A DNA stretch of 64,000 nucleotides from Octopus vulgaris (Eukaryota): NCBI GenBank assembly GCA_951406725.2, contig OX597817.1, positions 78,554,001-78,618,000 on the forward strand, given 5' to 3'. This document shows, piece by piece, positions 41,731 to 54,615 of the stretch; position 1 is the stretch's first letter; each line of letters starts with the position of its first letter. Below the pieces are notes generated by a model. It saw only the letters and a list, made by a program, of their open reading frames with translations, had not been told where the DNA came from and searched no databases. A program made the translations under genes and the position numbers.

Positions 41731-42205
41731 AATAATAATAATAGTAATAATAATAACGAAATTTTGCTCCAAGATTTGAATTTAACTATGGATACTTCAA
41801 ATAAAACTAGTTTTGAGGAAGTTTGCATTGAAGATACAAATCATGTATTGAAGAAAATATAATTATACATCACTAATATACAGAGTTTGATTAAATTGAT
41901 TACATATTTTCTTTTTGGCTTGGTACCTAATGAAAAATGTACAATCAAGCTGTAAAAATACAGCCAACACAATTCACTCCTACCCAACAACATTGATGCC
42001 CTTGAGAGAGATATTTATTGCCAAAAAATATTTCACGTTTCCCTATAGCTCAGACTTAGGAAATTACTATTATGATTATTATTATTATATCATTAGAAGT
42101 CAATACATCCTCATTATTATTGTTGTCATCATCATCATCTTCATCATTTAAAGTCTGTCCTTGATGCTGGAAAGGGTTGGATGATTTGACAGGATCCAAA
42201 CACGT

Positions 42206-42239
<34 letters not shown>

Positions 42240-42473
42240 TCATGCATATATAGCTACATAAAATCTGCCTCAAGGAATTTTTCTGACCTATGCAAGCATA
42301 GAAAGGTTGAAGTTAAGATGATTATGGTAATAATAATGGTATGTATGTACATTTGTATGTATGAGTATGTATGTGTTTATATATCTGTATATGCATGTGT
42401 GTGTGTGTGTGTGTGTATGCCCGTGTATGTATGTATGTATTTATGTATGTATGTATGTATGGATGGATGGATG

Positions 42474-42510
<37 letters not shown>

Positions 42511-42543
42511 GTAAAATAATATGTGGCAATTATTCGGTAGCTA

Positions 42544-42606
42544 AGATAAAACTCTGAGTTTCTGATGCCGAGATGGAAATCCACAACACCATCTCTTCAG
42601 TTATCT
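42544..42606 (-). ncRNA. Hammerhead ribozyme motif inside inverted repeat 42507-42640
   Basis: Minus strand: agataa-CTGAAGA-gatg..catc-a-GAAA-ctcagagTT-ttatct, with perfect 6-bp stem I and a pairable stem III. Confidence 0.7.
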
Positions 42607-42938
42607 GGCCATCTGAATAATTGTCACATATTTTACAGATAAATTTCCTCTATTTACATAATATTGAGGTCTCTTTCTTTCTTTTGTTATTTTACCGTTT
42701 TTACCAATATACATATATATATATTTGTTGAAATAGAAAGATGAATTTTCTTGTTACAGATTATTCAAAAGTTTAACCGATACCTGGGTAGCAAAAATCA
42801 CAGCAGAAAAACCACGGTTGGAGATAAGACCATTTGGTGTTGCAACCGTGCGTTGGTGCGGATAATTGAAGTTTAATATTATTAGTGAATGGAAGAAATG
42901 GAGTTGAACAAAGATTGTACAGAATTCCTTTTATTACA

Positions 42939-43019
42939 TTCTACACATGTTTCAAAGGCCACAAATTTCCCAAATTCTGATTAAATAAGGGTACCATATT
43001 GTGGCTTTCTCTTCAGGAA
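42939..43019 (-). ncRNA. Hammerhead ribozyme motif (left arm of palindrome)
   Basis: Reverse complement of the 43193-43272 motif. Confidence 0.7.
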
Positions 43020-43192
43020 AACAGGAATTCCGTTGACAGAACAAAACAAAACAGAGGCGCAGCAACGCAATTCGAACGAGGACGCTCCTTAAGAGCCCAT
43101 GGAGTTCAGCCATGGGCCCTTAAGGAGCATCCTCGTTTGAATTGCGTTGCTGCGCCTCTGTTTTGTTTTGTTCTGTCAACGGAATTCCTGTT

Positions 43193-43272
43193 TTCCTGAA
43201 GAGAAAGCCACAATATGGTACCCTTATTTAATCAGAATTTGGAAATTTGTGGCCTTTGAAACATGTGTAGAA
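43193..43272 (+). ncRNA. Hammerhead ribozyme motif (right arm of palindrome)
   Basis: ttc-CTGAAGA-gaaagccacaa..ttgtggccttt-GAAA-catgtgTA-gaa. Confidence 0.7.
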
Positions 43273-43327
43273 TGTAATAAAAGGAATTCTGTACAATCTT
43301 CGTTCAACTCCATTTCTTCCATTCACT

Positions 43328-43378
<51 letters not shown>

Positions 43379-43617
43379 TATGAATGTTTGTTTTATGTTC
43401 AGTTATAATAAAAACAATTCTACATTAATTTGAAGGTCTACTCCATACTTTTATTGAGTACAAAATCTAATCAAGGCTTAGCTGGCTGAAACTTCAGAGT
43501 CACTGTCTATAGTATAGACAGCACAGTGGTGTTCCAGGATGACTGCAGCTGCATGGCTGAAATGAATAAAAGAATAAATATATATATAAAATTGTCTGAC
43601 CTCTAGCTGTTAATCGG

Positions 43618-43670
<53 letters not shown>

Positions 43671-44489
43671 TACTATTATTATTATTACTATTTATTATTA
43701 TTCTGATCCCCCTAGTCGCTACTCTGTTTACTATTTCAGCCTCGCCACGTTTTTGCATATTCTGTATAATTCATTAGTTATCGTTATAGATATTTAAGAT
43801 CTCCCTTACAGGGCTGATCGAAATGGCCGCCGATTCTTCGCGGGGTGGCCACTTTCTCTCTTCTCTTCCCTTCTCTCCCCCCTCTTTTACATTGTCTGGA
43901 CTCCTCTCTTCCTACTCCTCTCCATGGCTATGCATACTTAAGCTAGTAACCTGCCTCATTCTTGATTTCGAATTCCTTTTGCCAAGTCTGTCCGTAAACG
44001 AAGTGATCCCAAGATAAGAAATCTTTGAACTTTAATTCATCCCGTATCTCTACCAGTAATATTTTTCATGCAAAATTGTCTGACCTCTAGCTGTTAATCG
44101 GTTTATTACTCATCATTATGTGCTGATAATTTCTCTATTTCTCCACCGTCCCCCCTAAATATCCCTTTATTATTATGTGCTGCGATAATTTTGCCCATCC
44201 AAGTCATCGCTCTCTCCCCTATCAACCTTCGCATATTCGCGGCGCGCCCTCCCTACCCACCCCCACCACCAATACCGGATATCTCTATTTTGCTCCATCT
44301 ATACCGGATGTCGTTTTCTCCCACCACCATTATAGGTGTCTACTCCTTGAACCCCCTCTCTTCAATATGCTATTTCACCATGCATTACCCCTCTCTCGAT
44401 ATCCTACGTTCTACTTGCCTAGAACCTGTCATCATTTCTCTGAACCACCCCTCCCACTGGTGCTCCCCTATATTTCTGCACCACCCCCC

Positions 44490-44746
44490 CACATAAAAAG
44501 CACCATCCGAACGTGGCCGATGCCAGACCCCTCTGGCACCTGTGCAGGTGGCACGTAAAAAACACCCACTACACTCGCGGAGTGGTTGGCGTTAGGAAGG
44601 GCATCCAGCTGTAGAAACACTGCCAGACTAGACTGGAGCCTGGGGCAGTCCCGAGCTCCCCAGAACCCGGTCGAAATCGTCCAACCCGTGCTAGCGCGGA
44701 AAACGGACGTTAAACGATGATGATGATGATGATGATGATGATGATA
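44490..44746 (+). mobile_element. RTE-like retroposon 3' end
   Basis: Same (GAT)n-tailed block; CpG-rich. Confidence 0.75.
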
Positions 44747-44893
44747 TACATAGACAGGCTGCTGATATTTATAGTGTGTTAAACACTTTCAGTATTTAAA
44801 TTAGGAACTCCTTCATAGAGTAACTGCAACATTTTTTGAGTATATAAACAGTTTGGCTGCTTGCTTCTCTGGAGACTGTCAGAATGATGTAGA

Positions 44894-44938
44894 CTTCTCT
44901 GATGAGAACATAATAGGGTTTGAAAATTGATTAAGGTT
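44894..44938 (+). ncRNA. Minimal hammerhead ribozyme motif
   Basis: cttct-CTGATGA-gaac-ataatagg-gttt-GAAA-attgatTA-agg. A homologous decayed copy lies on the minus strand at 54806-54852. Confidence 0.7.
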
Positions 44939-45024
44939 GTTTGTAATATTTTTCAGTTTGTGGAGAGAAATGGCTAAAATTTGTCTGGTTTATAATTATA
45001 CCATATGTTACATATATGTATATA

Positions 45025-45897
45025 TGAGATGGTATCAAAAAGTTCTCAGACTAGTTATGCTTAATAAGAAATAACTTATTTATTTAAGTTTTAACATTAT
45101 ATCCTTCAAAATAGTCACCTTGCAAAGCAATATACTTATTCCAGTGTTCCTGCCACTTTAGGAATCCAGCCTAAACAAGTCAAGGACCTTCTGCAATTTT
45201 TCCTGGATTTTAACAATAGTCTTAAAACAGCAACCTCTGAATTGCATTTTCATCTTGGGGAAGGGATGGAAGTCTGCAGGTGCTAAATCTGGCAAATAGG
45301 GTAGATGTGGAAGTGATACTTGGTTGCTTTTGGAGAGAAACTCACGAGAGAGGAGAGCTCAGTGAAAGGGTTACATTGTCGTCGTGAAAAAAATCCAATT
45401 CTTTGTGCTCCAGAGTTCCAGTCACTTTCGACAAATGTTTCCTCCAAATGCTTCCAAACATCACAGTAGAACTCTTGATTGATGGTCTGGCCCTGGGGGA
45501 TGAAGTTTTGATGCACAATACCACATTTCTGAGGATGACACTCGTGACAAGTCTTCCAGATTGCACATCATCTTCCAGAGACATACTACTACTGCTTTTG
45601 AAGCACCCAAGCCACTTGCGACATTGTGTAGGACCCATTGCCTTCTTACTCTAAGCTTACTGAAGCATGTTCAATGTCTCTATAGCAGACTTTCCAAGTT
45701 TAAAGCAAAATTTCACGTTGGAATTTTTGTTCCGGTCCGTGAAAAAAATCGCAGACTACAGCAATCATGTGATCACAAAAACACAAATCTCACAATGTCA
45801 CTTGGCACACTGCTAGCTCTCACTGTACACACAACTGTGTGCTGCCATCAATTGGTGTGTTACAAAACTAGTCTGGGAACTTTTTGATACCATCTCG
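45025..45897 (-). mobile_element. Internally deleted mariner element
   Basis: TA-flanked TIRs tgagatggtatcaaaaagttctcagactagtt / aactagtctgggaactttttgataccatctcg. Transposase remnants SLEDDVQSGRL and FIPQGQTINQEFYCDV. Confidence 0.92.
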
Positions 45898-45907
45898 TAT
45901 ATATATG

Positions 45908-45984
<77 letters not shown>

Positions 45985-45990
<6 letters not shown>

Positions 45991-46245
45991 TGATAAAAAT
46001 GGTAAGACAACAAAAGAATGAAAGAGACCTCAATATTATATAAATAGAGGAATTTATCTGTAAATATAATATGTGACAATTATTCGGTAGCCATGATAAA
46101 ACTCTGAGTTTCAGATGCCAAGATGGTATAACGCTCATTTTCATAGAATTTTTTCCAATGGCGGCATGGATTTCCACCTTGGCATCCAAAACTCGGAGTT
46201 TTATCATGGCTACTGAATAAGTGTCACATATTACATTTACAGATA
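45985..46245. repeat. Fold-back copy of the 42507-42710 hammerhead-associated family
   Basis: Arms 46055-46135 / 46176-46245. 45985-46085 is the reverse complement of 42615-42710. A third fragment lies at 57917-57965. Confidence 0.9.
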
Positions 46246-46379
46246 TATATATATATACACATATATAGCATACATTGCAACCCAAATCCCCAAATGGAGT
46301 ATATAATATAGCCTCAGGCTGGCCAAAGCTTTGTGAGTTGATTTAGTAGACAGAAACTGAAAGAAGCCCATCATATAAT

Positions 46380-46418
<39 letters not shown>

Positions 46419-48133
46419 ATTTATATATGTATATATATATATGTGTGTGTGTGTTTGTGTTTCTATTTGTCCCTTCACCATCACTTGACAACCAATGCTG
46501 GTGGGTTTACACCCCAGTAACTTAGTGGTTTGGCAAAAAGAAGATACAATAAGAACTAGGCTTACAAAGAATAAGTCCTTGGGTTGATTTGCTCGACTAA
46601 AGGCGGTGCTCCAGCATGGCCACAGTCAAATGACTGAAACAAGTAAATGAACAAAAGAATATCTTTTATTCATGAAAGTTACAAATCCTGAAAAATTTTA
46701 TCCACAAAAGTTTCAAATTCTGGAACCAGGTGAATCAAGAATAGAAAAAATATATCTGTGTGTCAATAATGAATTACAGGGAAAAAGAATTATGTAAAAC
46801 ATATTTGTCATATACAAAATACAACTGTCTTTGATATCACAAATATATGTGTAGCCTCTCAAAGACTTTCATGACCTTTTCAGTTACATCAGTTCAAGAA
46901 AATCATAGTAACACTAGTGTGTGGTTTACGACCCTTGCAGTGAATTGCAAAGGATCACAGGAATATTGTTATTACTGATAAAGTCATCAATGCCTGATTA
47001 AAAATTATTTCAAGAGTTTTATGAATTTTTCCACGCATGTATAACAATGTTGATTTTCTGTTTATGTGCAACTGTGTTGGTGCTTGGTTTATATTCCTTC
47101 AGATGTGGCTGTGTAGTGAGAAGCTTGTTTTCCAACCACACAGTTCTTGGTTCAGTCCCACTGCATGGCACCTTGGGTAAGTGTCTTCTGCTACTACCTC
47201 GGGCTGACCAAAGCCTTGTGAGTGGATTTGGCAGATTGAAACTGAAAGAAGTCCATTGTATATACATATATGTCTGTGTGTGTGTGTGTCTGTGCGTGTG
47301 TGCACCTGCATGTGAGTGTGTTTCTTTGTGTTGGTGTTTGTCTCCACCACCACCACTACTTGACAACCAGTGTTGGTGTGCTTGTGTCCCTGTAACTTTG
47401 CAGGTCAGCAAAAGTGACCGATAGTATAGGTACCACTGGTTTCGATGTATTTGACTTATTCTCTCTCTTAAAATTGCTGGCCTTGTGCCAAAATTCGAAA
47501 GAATTATTATCCTCATCATCACTAGTATAATCATCATCATCATCATCATCATCATTACAATTAGGAACTACTTGTTGTGTCCTTCACATAGTTTTATATT
47601 TAATGTGGAATTTATCCAAATTTCTTCATAATCAACAATATATCTAATTAATGAAGAAAAAAAAAGAATGCTTTTTTTTCAACCTTGTTCAGTTACAATT
47701 GACCACTCGCACCAGCCAACACAACTACCACTATCACCACCACCACCACCACCATCATCATAGTCACCACAATCAACAACTAATTACAACTACCAATTCT
47801 ACTCTTGCCAATTCTCCTCTCACCTGTTACCTGTACTCAAACATTATAAACACAGTTTCCCCAGAATTTACAACTACCACCAACACAAGCCAGTGAGAGA
47901 GAGTCTATATGATTGCTCCCTATACTACAAGCAGTAACTAAATTTCCCTCAGTGATACGTTACTGGGAGGACACATTGGATAATATTGTTCTAGATGCTG
48001 ATAAGCCTGGGATGGTCAGAGCTGGAAAGCCTTTGATCCAGTGGCATAACAGTACATTTTAGCCTCTTTGTGCAGTTCCTTAAACATAACATCCTTTTAA
48101 CAACTCAGATACCCTTTTAACAACTCAGTGTCG

Positions 48134-48563
48134 AGGCAGCGAGCTGGCAGAAACGTTAGCATGCTGGGTGAAATGCTCAGCAGTATTTTGCCTGTCTTAT
48201 GTTCTGAGTTCAAATTCCATTGAGGTCGACTTTGTCTTTCATCCTTTCTGGGTCGATAAATTAAGTACCAGTTGTGTACTGGGGGTCAATCTAACTGATT
48301 GGCTCTCTACCCAAACATTTCAGGCCTTGTGCCTAGGGTAGAAAAGAATAAGGCAGCGAGCTGGCAGAAATGTTAGGTCGCTGGGTGAATGGTTTAGCAA
48401 TATTTCGCCTGTCTTTAAATTCTGAGTTCAAACTCCACCGAGGTTGACTTTGCTGTTCATTTACTCGGGGTTGATAAATTAAGTACCAGTTACGTACTGG
48501 GATCAATCTAATCAACTGGCTCTCTCCCCCAAAATTTCAGGCCTTGTGCCTAGTGTAGAAAAG
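48134..48563 (+). mobile_element. Head-to-tail dimer of SINE family B
   Basis: Two ~215-bp units aggcagcgagctggcagaa..gagttcaaattcc..tttcatcctttctgggtcgataaattaagtacc..gtagaaaaga. Many minus-strand copies at 35.6-40.7 and 48.9-50.3 kb. Confidence 0.85.
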
Positions 48564-48777
48564 ATATCAGCAGTGTCAAACACCATTATCCAATGAGTCC
48601 ACACCTATTTGCTGTCATCAATTCACCACAGAGAAAGTTCATCATCATCAGTTCGAGAACAAGACACACCACTAGGTCTAGAAATTGAAATCACAATCAC
48701 TAGAACATGAGTGCAACACCCTAACCACTAGGTCATACACCCTCACAATCATAATAATAACAATAATAATAATAATA

Positions 48778-48817
<40 letters not shown>

Positions 48818-49171
48818 TGATGATGATGATGATAATGATGATGATAATAATAATAATAACAATAATAATGATAATAATAATCAGTTCTAGTAAAGGCACA
48901 AGGCCTGAAATTTTTGGGGAGGGGATTAGTCAATTACACGGACCCCAGTGTTTCACTGGTACTTTATCTATCAACTGCAAAAGGATGGAAAACAACAACG
49001 ACATTGGTGGAATTTGAACCCAGAATGTAGAGACGAGTGAAATACCACTAAGCATTTTTTTCAGTGTGCTAATAATTCTGGCAGCTTGCTACCTTAATAA
49101 TTATAGTGATAATAATAATGATGATGATGATGATGATGACGACGACAACGACGACGACGATGACGACAATG

Positions 49172-49203
<32 letters not shown>

Positions 49204-49232
49204 TATTATTATTATTATTATTATAATAATAG

Positions 49233-49487
49233 TAGGATGTGTGCAGTGCTAAGTAATGCAATTTTCTGTATGTTATATGCATTTGTAAGTCCATAACAAA
49301 AACACCAGGACTTACAAATATATATATAACATACAGAAAATTGCACTACTGGTCACTGCACACATCCTATGCAAAATACTTTCAATACAGTAACCATAAG
49401 AGCATCAAACCAAACCACAGCACATACCCAAGGCACACAGAGCTGCGCTCGGTAGTGAAGTGAAAGTACGTTGTAAAGATAAAACTA

Positions 49488-49491
<4 letters not shown>
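49233..49491 (+). mobile_element. R4/Dong-like 3' fragment with an inverted duplication at its 5' end
   Basis: 49293-49491 matches 41535-41730; 49233-49292 is the reverse complement of 49308-49370. Confidence 0.9.
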
Positions 49492-49552
<61 letters not shown>

Positions 49553-50332
49553 TAATAATAATAATAATAATAATGATAATAATAATAATAATGATGATGA
49601 TGATGATGATGATAACAACAACAATGAATATAATCGTTTCTACTAAAGGCACAAGGCCTGAAATTTTGGGGGAAGGGACTAGTTGATTATAACACCCCTA
49701 GTAAGTATCTGGTACTTATTTCATCGATCCTGAGAGGATGACAGGCAAAGTCAACCTCAGTGAAATGTGAAATCAGATCGTAAAGAAGGTAGACAAAATA
49801 CTGCTAAACAACTTGTCCAGCATGCTAATGATACTGTCAGATTGTTACCTTAATAATGATAATAATTTTTATTTCTCTACTGCCCACAGAGGGCTAAACA
49901 TAGAGGGGACAAACACAGACAAACAAATGGTTTAAGTCGATTACATCGAACCCAGTGTGTAACTGGCACTTACTTAATCAACCCTGAAAGGATGAAAGGC
50001 TAAGTCGACCTTGGCGGAATTTGAACTCAGAACATAGCAGCAGACGAAATACTGCTAAGTATTTTGCCTGGCATGCTAATAATAATGATCTTAAATTTTG
50101 GCACAAGGCCAGCAATATCTGGAGAGAGGTATGTTGACTACATCAACCCCAGTGCTCAACCAGTACTTAATTTATCAACCCCGAAAGGATGAAAGGCAAA
50201 GTCAACCTTGGCAGAATTTGAACTCAGAATGTAAAGACGGAGAAAATGCCACTATGCAATTTGCCCAGCATGCTAAAAGTTCCGTCAGCTTGCAACTTTA
50301 ATATTAATAATAATAACAATAATAATAACAAC

Positions 50333-50391
<59 letters not shown>

Positions 50392-50398
50392 TAATAAC

Positions 50399-50453
<55 letters not shown>

Positions 50454-50733
50454 GATATGAAATAGAACCAGTCCATGTGCTACTTATTAGACTTATATTG
50501 GATTATAGCTGATTAACTACTATTGTAACAGCTATGTATTATGGTCTCATGATTTTATAGATCTTTAAAAACAATTTAAACTTCAAAAATCAAGATATGC
50601 TTCATAAATGGTAACTTATTTTACAAGTACATTTGCAGTAGTTGTTCATATTCAATAACCACCTAGCATATATCTAGGTCAATGCACTTAACATGCCTTC
50701 GCCCAACATATGTATCTCATTTTATGTATGTAT

Positions 50734-50821
<88 letters not shown>

Positions 50822-50847
50822 GTATATATATGTATATGTATATATAT

Positions 50848-50992
<145 letters not shown>

Positions 50993-52143
50993 AATCAATA
51001 ATTAAATCTTCTGCCAATCAGAAAAGTGCAACGAGAGAGAGAGAGCATAATAACATTCAGCAAGTGTGGTATCATTTGAACTTGTAAATCTTTAGTTCAG
51101 AAGCCAACATTTTCCTCAACATTTTAATTTCCAACATCACATAATTCTTGTTATGAATCCATTTTCCTCCCAATCATTATCATATCTTGTCTTTTGAAAA
51201 TGAGGTATTGATATACATGTAAACTGGGATCTATACTTTCTAATTAATCAAGCAAATTAATGAAATAGATAATGGTACTTAAGATGGATGAAAAGGAGAG
51301 GAATTAATCTTCATCTGTGTTAAAATGGAGGCAAAAAAAGTCATACTGCATGCATAAATATAGACAGATGTATGCATGATTTGCCATAACTATAAGCGTA
51401 TATTCCTATGCTATATGTATACAAATGAGTACATTTATATAAGTTTATATATATCTAATCTATCAATTTGTATCTCCTCCTCTCTCTATATATATAGGTG
51501 TGTGTGTGCGTGTGCGCTATATAAATATATATATAAATATAAAGATATATATATATATGTGTATATGTATATATATATATGTATGTGTATGTGTATATAT
51601 ATATGTGTGTGTGTGTGTGTGTATAGATGGATAGATATAGGTATGTATCTATATCTCTGTGAGTATGTATGTGTATATGCACACACACACACACACACAC
51701 ACGCGCAAACACACACACATATATATATATTTTATATGTATGGTTACGACTACGCAAACCGATATATATATATACATGCATAAATATATATATATGTGTG
51801 TGTGTATGTATGCATATACATAATACTACATAAACATGTATGCATGTGTGTATATATATATAAATATATATGTGTATATATATATATATATATATACACA
51901 TACACATATATATATACACACAGAGAGAGATAGTTATAGATATAGATATATACATATATCTATATATACGTCTGTAGCTATGTCTATATGTCTATATCTC
52001 TATCGATATCTATATCAGAGAGATACCTTATAGATATATATATACATATATCTATATATATGTCTGTAGCTATGTCTATATCTCTATCGATATCTATATC
52101 TATATCTACCTATCTATATATATATTCATATACATATATAAGT

Positions 52144-52207
<64 letters not shown>

Positions 52208-53380
52208 GATCACACACACACATGTAAGTATATATATTGGAAAGTTAATCCTTGCTATAGGCATCAAACCATATATATATTTTCTGGAAATTATTTTTCT
52301 ATAAGTTTCTAGCTTTTATCTTTAATTGTTTAAACGATCTTAACGGATTTTCTGCACAAGGAGCTGTTTTTAGATGCTTTTCATCGACAACACCATCACT
52401 GACACAAACAGCGAGAAACTTAGAAAATGTAATAACAGTAGATAATTTAATCATTATGGGATGCCGGCTTTAACCCTGTGGGATCATGGGATGTCTAATT
52501 TAATTTATATGCCCTGTTGTCTGTTGAAACAAAAGAGGTACCAAAGATGTGGCAAATCTTATAAGATCAATCTTTACAGAAAATTTACAGAATATTTTTC
52601 TCTGCTTATCAATTATTATTTTTTTCTTGTATTTTTTTTATTATTTTTGTAGCTTTTTTCTTTCCTTTTCAGCTTGCCCTCTTTCTCCCTGTTTCTCTCT
52701 CTCTCTTTCTCTGTTTCTCTCTCTCTATATATATCTCTCTCTCTCTCTCTGTCTTTGTATCTATCTTGATATCTATCTATCTCTGTCTCTTGCTCTATCT
52801 TATACAGCTTCTTTTTGATATGATGGGGTTTTTTTTTGTATGGTTGTTGGCTTTTCTTTTGTATTTTAATTTATTTTATGTAATTCACTTGAGGTTTTGC
52901 TGTGTTCGAAAGTGACCCCCTCCCCTCTCTCTCTCTCTCTGAGAGTGAGGGGTGGGAGGGAGAGGAAGAGAGAGAAAGAGTGTGTGAGAGAGAGACAGAA
53001 TGAAAGAGAGAAAGAAACAGGAAAGTAGAAAGAATATGTTCTGTGTGAGATGTGCATGTATGTGTGTTTGTATATACATATGCATATATGTTTATATATG
53101 GGTGTGTATATGTGTGTGTGCGTGTTTGTGTGCATACAAATGTATGTGTATAGATTAAAGAGATTGCTATAGATATACATACTTAAACATATATGCAGAT
53201 GAAAACACACACACGCACACATATATATATAATATATGTATAATATATAATAATATATGATACATATACATATATATATATTATATATATTATACCATAT
53301 ATATATGTGTGTATATATATATATATAATATATGTATAATATATACTAATATATGATATATAGCAAATATGTATATATAC

Positions 53381-53412
<32 letters not shown>

Positions 53413-53470
53413 TATATCATATATATATGTATACATACATATATATTATACCATATATATGTGTGTGTAG

Positions 53471-53509
<39 letters not shown>

Positions 53510-53571
53510 CACATATATATATATACATGTACATACATTTATATAAGCATATGTGTGTGCATGCCTATATG

Positions 53572-53606
<35 letters not shown>

Positions 53607-53953
53607 GTCTTCAGGCAAACTATCATACCATAAATATAGGCAAGAACATATTTAAATTTCAGCAACATGGTAGAGAGAGAGAGAGAGAGACTATGATTCT
53701 TATTCAATTTGTTTGAATTGTTACTCTCCTAACTTTGCATTTTATTTATTTTTTTTTTCTTCCGATGTTCTTTCAAGATTTTTTTTTCTACTTCAATAAA
53801 AAAAAAAACAACTTTATATAACTTTTTATACACTTTGAAACTTCATTGTCAATGAGACATCACTAAACGCAGACACATGCGAGAACTTATATAATATATG
53901 AATACAAATGCACTGTCACACACTCATTTATAAGTATGTATATTTATATGAGT

Positions 53954-54536
53954 GGAGGTGCATGGCCTAGTGGTTACAGCAGCGGACTCATGGTCGAGGG
54001 ATCATGGATTCGAATCTCAGACCGGGCAATGTGTGTGTTTACAAGTGAAAGACCTAAGTTCCACGTGGCTCAGGCAGAAGTTAATGGTGAACATCTGCTG
54101 TACTCTTTCGCCACAACCTTCTCTCACTCTTTCCTCATGCATCTAGCAGCTTACCTGTGATGAACCGGCGTACCATCCAGGTGGGGAACCTATGCCAAGG
54201 AAACCAGGAAACTGACCCTTATGAGCCAGGCATGGCTCGAGAAGTAACAAACATACTTATATGAGGTCACATGGCCTGATGGTAAGGGTGTTGCACTTGT
54301 GATCATGAGATCATGGTTTCAATTTCTTGGTTGTGCATTGCTTTCTTGAGCAGTCATTTTGATACCTTATATGTGGTACACCATACACCATACACCTGTT
54401 CAAGCAACATCGAATTGATGGAGAAAGTGAGCAAAAGTACAGCTTATACATTTGATTACTATAAGCAAATCATTTGTGCAGGTTGTTTGGCAAAAACTGA
54501 ACACTTATAAGTCGTCTTCAATGGGGAAGTCCATCA
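53954..54536 (+). mobile_element. Two adjacent tRNA-derived SINEs
   Basis: Heads ggaggtgcatggcctagtggtta..gattcgaatc and gaggtcacatggcctgatggta. The second matches 9175-9445 and 61701-62000. Confidence 0.75.
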
Positions 54537-54576
54537 TATTTATATATAGATGTGTGAATACAAAATACATACATAT

Positions 54577-54615
<39 letters not shown>

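Larger units (their letters stand above)
42876..43335. repeat. Near-perfect 460-bp palindrome (~227-bp arms, 7-nt loop)
   Basis: By eye the arms differ by 4 substitutions and 1 indel. Loop agttcag at 43103-43109. Confidence 0.98.

Noticed and set aside
35600-50450. CRISPR-like repeat/spacer alternation
   Set aside because: The repeats are variable-length microsatellites and the spacers are retroelements; the context is eukaryotic with no cas genes.
51925-52110. ~80-bp tandem duplication
   Set aside because: Ordinary slippage within low-complexity sequence.
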